From Pirellula staleyi DSM 6068 (GTDB taxonomy: Bacteria; Planctomycetota; Planctomycetia; Pirellulales; Pirellulaceae), in assembly GCA_000025185.1 (NCBI GenBank), contig CP001848.1, positions 360,001 through 392,000 on the forward strand: a stretch of DNA of 32,000 nt, in the 5' to 3' direction. Numbering within the stretch: the first letter of the stretch is position 1; every line of letters begins with the position of its first letter. The notes under the pieces are model-generated. The model ran no database searches, had not been told where the DNA came from, and worked only from the letters and a program-made list of their open reading frames with translations. The position numbers and the translations under genes are program-made. Below, piece after piece: positions 18,377 through 26,247 of this stretch.

Positions 18377-18538
18377 AATACCATGAAGTTGGCGTGATCT
18401 CCTGACCAAAATCTGAACGGATTTCCAGATTTTAACCTCCGGCTCGTGAAACCGTTCTGGAACTAGAGCGTTGAGTTTGATGAGAAGTGTTCTAAGAGAA
18501 GTGCGATCCCTTTCAACTTTAGCAACAAAGAAGGTTTC

Positions 18539-19643
18539 TATGCGAGTTGCACCATTTTTGTACTCGTCCTTACTTTTGTCAGTCTCCCCGATCCGTTCGC
18601 GACGTGTGCTTGTGCTTGTGCTTGTGCTTGTGCTTGTGCTTGTGCGTTGGCCCAGTCATTGCATCTCGAACAAGGCTGGACTGCAGAGGAACGCGAGCGT
18701 TTTTACTTTACCGCACAGGGCTCTCAGTTGATTCCCTTTAAGTGGTTTCTTGAGCTTGAGCAGGTCGAAAGCGAAAAAAGCCCTTTCGCGACGTTCAGAA
18801 CATGCAACGATATGGATTCTTGCCAGCCCCTCGTGGCAAGCTAGATCCTGAAGGACTTCCCGTTGGCTTCGTTCGCGATGGCATCAATCCGGTGGCGAAT
18901 GAAGTTGCCGGGATTGAGTCAGTCCAACAAGCAGTGATCGCCGCTGCGACTCGGTTCGGGATCAAAAGAGCCTATTTGGGTTCGGAGTTTGACGAAAAAC
19001 TTTACCCGAATGAGCAGCAGGCATGGTTCGGTCTTACCTGTGCCGCATGCCATACGCACGAGATGGCATTCAACGGAAAGACTTTGCGGATCGATGGCGG
19101 GGCGTCACAAGCAGATGCCGAGTCCTTCCTGCGTGATCTGGGTGTTGCTTTGCAAGCGACTGTGGATAGTCCGGAAAAACTAAAACGATTCGCGAATGCA
19201 GTAGGACAAGGTGGACGTGACCTCGCCGAGTTCAAGAGCGAGGTCGGACAGATTGCAGACGCTGTCAACCGGCTAGTCGCACGCAACAAGTCCAAGCACC
19301 CTTACGGTTTCGCTCGCTTAGATGCCTTTGGAGCAATGCTCAACGCGGTTTGCGAGACCGCACTAAACATCCCAGAGAATCACCAGGAATCCAAGCGCCC
19401 GTCAGTTATCCCACGCTTTGGAACACGCCGCAGATGTCGTATGTGCAATTGAACGCATCTGCTGCGAACGCAGAAGGACGTAACGTAGGTGAGGTCCTCG
19501 GCGTCTTTGGAACGTACCCGCTCGAACCAGGGGAAAAGCAGTTTGACTCGACAGTTCGACTTCGAAATCTTGTTGTGCTTGAGCATGAACTGATTGCGAA
19601 ACTTCGCGCACCTGACTGGCCAGAAGACTTGTTTGGCAGACTA
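18539..19643 (+). pseudogene. haem-c (CXXCH) di-haem-peroxidase-like protein gene, frameshifted at least twice and 3'-truncated by an IS
   Basis: The homologous reading path jumps frames. It runs ..GWTAEERERFYFTAQGSQLIPFKWFLELEQ..SPFATFR in frame 2, then MQRYGFLPAPRGKLDPEGLPVGFVRDG..WFGLTCAACHTHEM (CXXCH at 19039-19053) in frame 1, then ..APVSYPTLWNTPQMSYVQLNASA..APDWPEDLFGR in frame 0. The last part runs straight into the IS end at 19644. A possible signal peptide MRVAPFLYSSLLLSVSP at 18539 lies in yet another frame. The family assignment rests on motif recall only. Confidence 0.6.
18606..18641. repeat. hexanucleotide microsatellite (GTGCTT)x6, followed by the variant GTGCGT
   Basis: Read directly from the sequence: gtgctt gtgctt gtgctt gtgctt gtgctt gtgctt gtgcgt. 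It encodes (VL)6, (CL)6 or (CA)6 depending on frame. Confidence 0.95.
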
Positions 19644-20494
19644 GAGCCTGTTATTGACTTATCTGCTTGCAATTGCTGTAGTTAGGGGATGAAACACACG
19701 ACAGGGAAGTCGTATCCCAGCGACGTAACGGATGCGGAGTGGGAATTCCTGCTCCCTTACTTAAGCCTCATGCGCGAGGATGTGCCGCAGCGTTCCTATT
19801 CACTGCGCGACCAGTTTAACGCCATGCGCTACGTGGTGAAAACAGGAATCCAGTGGGACTTCCTGCCGCATGAAATGCCTCCGTGGCGGGCCGTCTATCA
19901 ACAAATGCGACGCTGGTTCGAAGCGGGAGTCTTTGAGGAAATTGCGCAAGACCTCAGGCTGATGGTGCGTCTTTTGGAAGGACGTGACGAACAGCCAACC
20001 GCTGTGATCATGGATGCGCGGACACTCCAATCGACGCCTGAAAGTGGTGGCCGCGCGGGATACGACGGTGCGAAGAAAAAGAAGGGCCAATATTGCCGTC
20101 GATACACTGGGAAATCTGCTGGCGGTTTACATCACTGCAGCCAATGAGCAAGACCGCGACCAAGTCGCCATCCTCTCGCAGAGAGTGCAAGAGGTGACGG
20201 GCAGCAACGTGGAGATAGCGTACGTCGATCAAGGCTATACGGGCGCCGCAGCAGCCGAGCAGGCTGAAGCATCCTCGATAAGATTACAAGTTATAAAACA
20301 TACCGAGACCAAGCGAGGCTTTGTCCTATTGCCACGCCGCTGGGTTGTTGAGCGCACCTTTGGTTGGCTGAGTCGCTTCCGCCGTCTCGCGCGTGATTAT
20401 GAGAGACTCACCGTCACGCTCACCAACTTCCACTGGCTCGCCTTCCTCACCATACTCCTCGCAAAAATCTACAGACAAAGTCAATAACTGGCTC
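19644..20494 (+). mobile_element. IS5-superfamily insertion sequence, copy 2 (851 bp)
   Basis: Terminal IRs GAGCCTGTTATTGACTT (19644-19660) and AAGTCAATAACTGGCTC (20478-20494) are flanked by TA on both sides. Same element as 3155-4005 and 31529 onward. Confidence 0.92.
19689..20487 (+). pseudogene. IS5-family transposase split into two frames by an 8-nt deletion (orfA 19689-20147, orfB-frame 20014-20487)
   Basis: orfA has the DUF4096-type N-terminus (YPSDVTDAEWEFLLPYL..KTGIQWDFLPHEMPPWRAVYQQMRRW). The orfB frame has the DDE part (ANIAVDTLGNLL..YVDQGY..RRWVVERTFGWLSRFRRLARDYERL). Compared with copy 3, 8 nt are missing at 20086/20087, so the two halves sit in frames 0 and +1. Confidence 0.85.
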
Positions 20495-20613
20495 TAGCCA
20501 ATTTGCGCCAAAATAGGTCGTAGTGTAGGCCTGGCAGTAGAGAAATCAGAAAGTGAATCGCTGTTTCCGAGCAACTGCCCTTTGACCTCATTTGGGCCAT
20601 TCTGAGGTACGTA

Positions 20614-21453
20614 ATGACGACGAATGTGAAAACGATGCTGACAGTCATAGACTCCCGCGAATCTCCAAGTCCCAGGAGATGCGTTGAAGTCGCGCTGGTT
20701 ATTCTGCTCATCAGCGCATACGTGATCGCAAGTGGTATCGTACTTCAGATTGCGGACGCCCAGATAAGCACTTCAATTGAGACATTGCAGGAACTAGCGC
20801 ACAATGGAAATGCCGAATCACAGTATGAACTGGGTCGAGCTTATGCCAATGGAGACAGCGTAGCGCAAGATTTCCGCGCGGCGCATCGGTGGTTCACTCG
20901 GGCTGCGCACAAGGGCCATCGACCTGCACAACGAGCGTTGGCGACCATGTATACGGAGGGCGACGGCGTTCCCCCTGATGCAGAGGTGGCCGCGCATTGG
21001 CTGTCACTCAGCAAGGGCAAAGAAGCCGAAGTTAAAACCAAGAGAACCGTACGAGTTCATAAGGAAAATGAATCAGCGACAGAGGTGAGTAAAGGATTTG
21101 AACTACTCGCTCTACTTGAGCGATTCATCCCCGATAGCGACCGAGTGCCACGTAGTTGGAGTACTGGAACAAATGAAGGACTACCAATTGCTTGGGAGAC
21201 GCAAGGCGTTTCGTCAATCACAGCAGGTGAGTTCGCCTCCGAGAGGGTTGGCACTGTAGTGCTTACAGTTCGCGGGGAGCCAACGTACAAAGTCCTCAAG
21301 AAGCAGGTGGAGCCGGGCAAGTGGCGGTTACGTCTATTGGGCGCCGAGTATGGGTACCATGCCTTCGAACTCGATGAGATGGAATTTACTGGAGCTACGT
21401 CTGCGTTTGGGGAGCAATTTATCGCTGAGCAGTTGGGGGACATCGCGAAATGA
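20614..21453 (+). CDS. Sel1-like repeat (SLR/TPR-family) protein with N-terminal TM anchor
   Basis: TM segment VEVALVILLISAYVIASGIVL. Sel1-type repeats: GNAESQYELGRAYANGDSVAQDFRAAHRWFTRAAHKGHRPAQRALATMYTEGDGVPPDAEVAAHWL. Confidence 0.75.
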   Translation: MTTNVKTMLTVIDSRESPSPRRCVEVALVILLISAYVIASGIVLQIADAQISTSIETLQELAHNGNAESQYELGRAYANGDSVAQDFRAAHRWFTRAAHKGHRPAQRALATMYTEGDGVPPDAEVAAHWLSLSKGKEAEVKTKRTVRVHKENESATEVSKGFELLALLERFIPDSDRVPRSWSTGTNEGLPIAWETQGVSSITAGEFASERVGTVVLTVRGEPTYKVLKKQVEPGKWRLRLLGAEYGYHAFELDEMEFTGATSAFGEQFIAEQLGDIAK

Positions 21454-21498
21454 ATACTGACGCGTGAGCCAGTCAGAGGTTTAAGTGGGAGAAAATAC

Positions 21499-22077
21499 AT
21501 GCCCTCCTTGCCGGGTAAGATGGAATCGTGGCTGTGGGAGACAAAATCATGCGGATCAGGGGGGTGTAGCAGTTCTTTGAAAGTGCTTTTCCTTGAAAGT
21601 GACGCGTCGGTTGATCAGTGTCCTGAGAAAGGCATCACACCAGTGGAACGTCAGTACGAGAAAGTAGAGGCGATCAATAGCGAAAGTGCCGTGCCAGACA
21701 AAGGCAGTGTTAAATCGGAAGAGCCTGTGGCCAGCTCAAGGGAAGTAACATGCCAACAATTCAGTACGATGTTTGGAAACGCCTCGGATTTCACGGATCT
21801 ACAAAAGAAGATCATATTTGAGAAAGTAATAAATAAGGATGTGGACTGGGTGGGTGAAGTGGTGGATGTGAGGTTATTTCTGGGGAGCGTGATAGTGTCA
21901 GTTAAATTCGCTGATGCAACCTTGGTTTCCGATGTCGACGTGTATGTAAAGAAGTCGGAAGGTGAAAAAGCGGCGAACCTACGAAAGGGTGTTGAAGTGC
22001 GGTTTCGCGGTCGATTAACCGAGTGGGGCGAAATCAGCAACCATACAGTGCAGGACGCGACAATTGTCGAAATGTAG
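21499..22077 (+). CDS. hypothetical protein (192 aa)
   Basis: An ORF with no recognised motif. The C-terminal half (VDWVGEVVDVRLF..VSVKF..VDVYVKK..LRKGVEVRFRGRL) has a beta-rich, possibly OB-like pattern. A slightly later start is possible. Confidence 0.5.
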   Translation: MPSLPGKMESWLWETKSCGSGGCSSSLKVLFLESDASVDQCPEKGITPVERQYEKVEAINSESAVPDKGSVKSEEPVASSREVTCQQFSTMFGNASDFTDLQKKIIFEKVINKDVDWVGEVVDVRLFLGSVIVSVKFADATLVSDVDVYVKKSEGEKAANLRKGVEVRFRGRLTEWGEISNHTVQDATIVEM

Positions 22078-22118
22078 AGTCGTCGGCAGGAGCAATCTTC
22101 CGGAAGAAGTGTCCTCGT

Positions 22119-22583
22119 CTACCTGCAATCATCGACGCAATAGATCAGACGCCAGATGCGATCAATTTCCCCACGCTCGATGACTTCCAGCGGCTTGAAG
22201 CCGTCCAATGCATTGTTCGGTGCCAGAAGCCACACTCCGATCTGCTCGGCAGGAATGACTTCGACCAGCGACTGTCTCAGTCGGTGAATCTCCATCAGCC
22301 GTTGCCGAGAAGAATCGCTCTGCTCTTTACCTGCCTCCCATTCGGCGATCGCCCGCTCCGAGTAACCAGTGAGCCGCGAAAACAATTTACGAGTGAGACC
22401 GAGCGACGCCCGCAGGTCCGCCACAGAAGCGGCACGCGGTGCCGCCCGGAAGGCAGTGCCAAACGACATCAGCTTTTGGTGCGGTCGGGAACCCATCGAA
22501 GTATCTCCAATGGTACTGTCGGCTGCGGCCAGAATTCGCTCAAGCAGTCGTGCATGCAAAAGTGCAGGTAGAAGCGCAAGCAC
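22119..22583 (-). CDS. Xre-HTH / DUF2384 (MbcA/ParS-type) antitoxin-like protein, with no cognate RES toxin gene adjacent
   Basis: LRASLGLTRKLFSRLTGYSERAIAEWEAGKE (HTH) is followed by RLMEIHRLRQSLVEVIPAEQIGVWLLAPNNALDGFKPLEVIERGEIDRIWRLI, the WL..PN.AL.G..PLE..(G)..D signature of the toxin-binding domain. The N-terminal start is uncertain. Confidence 0.75.
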   Translation of the reverse strand: MLALLPALLHARLLERILAAADSTIGDTSMGSRPHQKLMSFGTAFRAAPRAASVADLRASLGLTRKLFSRLTGYSERAIAEWEAGKEQSDSSRQRLMEIHRLRQSLVEVIPAEQIGVWLLAPNNALDGFKPLEVIERGEIDRIWRLIYCVDDCR

Positions 22584-22890
22584 TTGTAATTGCTGATATT
22601 TCTACCGCCAAAACCGTGCCTTTCCCGCACCAGCGTGCTATGGATTGCAGCCTCAGAACTTGCTCTCTGTTCATCGGAATTAGAGGGAAGAAACGCACCG
22701 CCTCTCGCTGACAGTCCGGCTGCCATCGGGAGGTCGGTGATGCCAACAGGTTCTCAGTTGGTTTACCTCCAGCTTCTCTCCTTCGGCCCTGTGCGGTCGA
22801 GTCCCCGGTTGCCTTGTTGGGCATCCAGTGGCTCGGCTGCGTCAGCCGGGCGGTTTCTCACGTAACCGTGTTTCGAAAAGGAGAGTCATC

Positions 22891-23912
22891 ATGGCGAATC
22901 TTACTGCGGCCAATCAGGAGTTGTTCCGGCGACGTCCGGACGAGTGTTTCGCTTCACTCGACCAGCTTCAGGACTTTTGCCGCCAGCAACGCGCCGAATC
23001 CGCTGACATCTGGCACAAGCCGCAGGACGTGCGGCTCACTCACGACATGACGTTGATGATCGGGGAGAATCCCGATTACTCGCTCAACGACTGGTCGTTC
23101 ACGCAACTCTGTCGGATGGCCGGCGTCAGCAAAGAAACGATCAATCGTCTGTCGCCGAAGACGGCCAGCAAGGCGTTTGAAGAAACGCTGCCGCAATCAG
23201 ACAAGCCGTTGCAGCTACTGACGACTGGCGATCGCGTGCGGTCGGTGCATGGCGTGGCGTACACGCGGCTGTGGAATGCGGACCTGCTGGATGCCGTGCG
23301 CGAGGTCGCGACTGACTTCGACGCTCCGCAGCAGAGCAGCTTCGGTGGAACTGGGCTGTATTGCGGTGAGCAGGATCTGTTCGCGTTTCTCATCGACCCG
23401 CTGGGGTGGATTGAGATCGGCGACGAAGCGTTCGCTCCGGGCTTCTTCGTTTGGAACAGCGAAGTCGGTCGGCGAGCGCTCGGCATTCAATCGTTCTGGT
23501 TCCAGGCGGTCTGCCGGAATCATATCGTCTGGGATGCTGTGGAAGTGGTCGAGTTCACGCGCAAGCACACGGCCAACGTGCGTGAAGGGCTGGGTGAGAT
23601 CCAAAAGATCATCGCCTCGCTCGTGGCCAAGCGGGACGAACGCAAGGACGGATTCGTTCGCGTGCTGCAAAAAGCAATGACGGAAAGCTCGGCGACGACG
23701 CCGAAGCCGTCAGCAAGGTGTTGAGCGGCGAGGGGATTCCTCGCGAGCTGGCCAAGAAGGCCCTGGAAATCGCGTCGCAGCAAGGTCGCTTCACGATCTT
23801 CTCGCTGGTGGACGCGCTGACTCGGTTGTCGCAAACGGTGGTTTACGCGGGCGACCGGACCGAGCTCGACCAGAAGATTGGTCGGCTGCTCTCGCTGGCG
23901 CTCGCCGCCTGA
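22891..23912 (+). pseudogene. DUF932-like (phage/plasmid-associated) protein gene with a single-base frameshift
   Basis: ATG at 22891 with AAAGGAGAG upstream. The body reads ..YTRLWNADLLDAV..GLYCGEQDLFAFLIDP..FFVWNSEVGRRALGIQSFWFQAVCRNHIVW... The reading continues naturally into ORF 23718-23912 (..VLSGEGIPRELAKKALEIASQQGRFTIFSLVDALTRLSQ..) if one extra A is added to the run GAAAG at ~23683-23687. That would give KAMTEKLGDDAEAVSKVLSGEG. Confidence 0.7.
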
Positions 23913-23926
23913 AAGGCAGGCAAGCG

Positions 23927-24310
23927 ATGTCCGATCCTATTCCGCTGTCTGACGACGTGCCGTTCACGCTCTCGTGTTACGGCTGCGACTGCGACAGTCC
24001 GCAGTCCTACGAAGAAGCCATCCGCGACGGGTGGACTCTGATTCAGTTCACTCCTGATGGCGTGGCTGAAAACTACCTCGGACTTTGTCCGGAGTGCGCT
24101 GTTGAGTGGGATGCCCCTGGAGTGTCTGGGGGTGACCAAGCCTTGAAATCTAGTTCAGGAGATTGCAACGATGGCGAAGAAACCCGGGGTGATGGGACGC
24201 GAATAGAACTATTTGTTAACAGACTGCATGATTGGAGTTCGGAGAATCCGATGAATATCTACAACCGAAAGGGTTGCAGTGACAAAATTTGCTATGAATC
24301 ATTGCTTTGA
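23927..24310 (+). CDS. small Cys-rich hypothetical protein (possible zinc ribbon)
   Basis: It carries CYGCDC ... CPEC cysteine pairs. The 3' half of the ORF lies in the AT-rich cassette, so the C-terminus may be chimeric. Confidence 0.45.
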   Translation: MSDPIPLSDDVPFTLSCYGCDCDSPQSYEEAIRDGWTLIQFTPDGVAENYLGLCPECAVEWDAPGVSGGDQALKSSSGDCNDGEETRGDGTRIELFVNRLHDWSSENPMNIYNRKGCSDKICYESLL

Positions 24311-24429
24311 GCATAGAAGGATTCACTAGGTCTTACGATATGTTGGAAAAGAACTTCTCATCAATCATGTTCTCGGATAGGATCTAGCAGAATGCTGTTC
24401 GGTGCTTTGGGTATAAAGGAAGCAAGACG

Positions 24430-25329
24430 TTAGTCAAGTGTATATTCAGTTTCTACGGAAAAGCTGCCGATGTATCCATCAAATTTAGATTGCCGTTCCT
24501 TAACCAATCCATTGTGCGAATAACCTGGATTAGATGAATAGACGTGCACCTTATTGTCGATCAAATCAAACGTAATGTCTTGAGCTTTATTTTGCGTGAT
24601 TACATTGTAGCCAGTGTAATAAGTTAGATGCCGAGAGGGCGCTTCGCCAATTACGATGAACTGAGGGTCAAGTTTCTCCATCCATCTGCGCGGAATTTTT
24701 CCCGATTCACGTCCGTGGTGCGCCGCGAAGACAACAGTAGTCTTTTGAAGCAGAATGTGGTCAGCGATACTTTCCATGAATTCAGTCTCTAGATCGCCAA
24801 GCCACATGAAACTGGCTCCATCCTGTAAGGAGTAGCGGATTACAGCAGATGTGTTGTTATAGCTTTTGCCGGCATTGCATTCCGCAAGAGCTTCTTTGAA
24901 GTGTATATTGGAAGTGTCTGGCCACAGAATACTGATTCCGGATGATCCGCGTTCTTCGTCGGCCTCATTCATCCATTTTCGTGAGCAGTCTTTAGATATA
25001 TAGAATGCATTTTCGCCGTCGCGTAGTTTGCAATACCTCTCAAATGAATTGGTATTTTGAGCCTTCACGGCCGCATTCTTTACGGCATAAAAATTCGAGA
25101 TCGGCATATTGTCATCGAGTAGCTCAATCCCCCCAAAATGGTCCTCGTCTGGGTGGGTGGAAATGAACCGAACAATACTTTTGCTTCTCGACGCTTCTTT
25201 TAGCTCTGTAATTATTCTCTTAAAATTCTCTTCGCTTAGATCGCAGTCAATTATAGTGAAATTGTCTGATCCATGGTTTATATAAAACATATCGCCATTG
25301 CCAACGGCAAAGCTTTTAATAACAGGCAC
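24430..25329 (-). CDS. metallo-beta-lactamase-fold hydrolase (ComEC/Rec2-C-terminal-like, stand-alone)
   Basis: FAVGNGDMFYINHG..FTIIDCD, then the HxHxDH-type motif variant STHPDEDHFGG, then a later VVFAAHHGRESG. GTG start with AGGAGG 8 nt upstream. AT-rich codon usage, unlike the flanks. Confidence 0.8.
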   Translation of the reverse strand: MPVIKSFAVGNGDMFYINHGSDNFTIIDCDLSEENFKRIITELKEASRSKSIVRFISTHPDEDHFGGIELLDDNMPISNFYAVKNAAVKAQNTNSFERYCKLRDGENAFYISKDCSRKWMNEADEERGSSGISILWPDTSNIHFKEALAECNAGKSYNNTSAVIRYSLQDGASFMWLGDLETEFMESIADHILLQKTTVVFAAHHGRESGKIPRRWMEKLDPQFIVIGEAPSRHLTYYTGYNVITQNKAQDITFDLIDNKVHVYSSNPGYSHNGLVKERQSKFDGYIGSFSVETEYTLD

Positions 25330-25482
25330 AGCATCCTCCTCTTTCTGTGTTCCGAAATTGTGTTCATTTCACGAAGTTTAGGGGTTGCTCGTGATTCACA
25401 CACCCGCAGAAGTTCGTGCACAACTGAATTCTTGCGGGTTGGCAGAAGCACATCTCTTACTTCGTTAGATATCCACGCTCTC

Positions 25483-26247
25483 TTAGTTTGCGGAAGTTAT
25501 AATTGAACTTTTAGTGGAGTTTGACGAGGGGAATGTGTCACAAGTTGCTATCAATCGCTCAGCATACGCAAAAGCTGTGACTCGAACCCAGCTTGGCTTG
25601 ATCCGAAGCAGCCACCAAACAAGCATCCAAGCGCTGATTAAGCTGGCGGTAGCCGGTAAGGAATAGGGCATGCCCGATTCCGATCTCAGATATGTGACCA
25701 ACAGCGTTGCGATCAGAGAGCATATTGAAATGACTATCCCGGCTTTCTTCATGCCCCACAGATTTCTCCGAAAGCCGTAGTTGACATTCTCCGCATGTAC
25801 CAGTGGAAAATCTCTCTTGTCTCGAGTCCGTTCGCGAAGATATTGTGCACAAGATTCGTATACCGCGTCAGCTGCGGTTGGGTTGTTCTTTTCTGTAGTG
25901 TCACTAGGCATAGGCAGATTTGGTAACAGACTGGAAAGCGTTCGATGATATCGGGCCTTTGTGTTGATATCTAAATATGAATTCCGATGTCTCAATATTT
26001 GTGTAGTCGGCTTACCGCCCCAGTGCTCGAATAGCCATGGCTCTAAACGTTTTCCTTCGTCACGTCCAAGTTGCGCAATTAGGGCTGTCAATCCAAAATA
26101 TGTAACTATTCCAATCAATAAATGCATCTCAGAGATATCTGAGAATATACTTACGATTGCCAGAGCGAATGGTAAACTTACCAGTAAAGCAGGTTTGAGT
26201 CTTGCGCTACGATCGTAGTCACTACTAATCAGTGTAGTTAAAGACAT
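25483..26247 (-). CDS. 4-TM membrane protein of unknown function
   Basis: Hydrophobic segments: ALLVSLPFALAIVSIFSDI, LLIGIVTYFGLTALIAQLG, AGIVISICSLIATLLVTYL, LPATASLISAWMLVWWLL. A ~110-aa soluble loop lies between TM2 and TM3 (..HAENVNYGFRRNLWGMKK). Same strand and same AT-rich composition as the MBL gene 153 nt downstream. Confidence 0.7.
   Translation of the reverse strand: MSLTTLISSDYDRSARLKPALLVSLPFALAIVSIFSDISEMHLLIGIVTYFGLTALIAQLGRDEGKRLEPWLFEHWGGKPTTQILRHRNSYLDINTKARYHRTLSSLLPNLPMPSDTTEKNNPTAADAVYESCAQYLRERTRDKRDFPLVHAENVNYGFRRNLWGMKKAGIVISICSLIATLLVTYLRSESGMPYSLPATASLISAWMLVWWLLRIKPSWVRVTAFAYAERLIATCDTFPSSNSTKSSIITSAN

Noticed and set aside
18412-18461. An imperfect inverted repeat (TCTGAACGGATTTC ... 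GAAACCGTTCTGGA) after the operon, considered as an intrinsic terminator.
   Set aside because: The stem has mismatches and an indel, the loop is ~22 nt, and no U-tract follows. It is not convincing as a Rho-independent terminator.
18606-18641. The repeat as a CRISPR array or an on/off phase-variation switch.
   Set aside because: The units are 6 nt, tandem and without spacers, so this is not a CRISPR array. Hexamer slippage preserves the reading frame, so it cannot toggle translation.
20071-20090. Programmed -1 ribosomal frameshifting at the A-rich run GAAGAAAAAGAAGGG in IS copies 1 and 2.
   Set aside because: The downstream DDE frame is +1 (or -2), not -1, relative to orfA. Copy 3 also shows the split is caused by an 8-nt deletion from an in-frame ancestor. 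Recoding cannot be excluded, but it is not the simplest reading.
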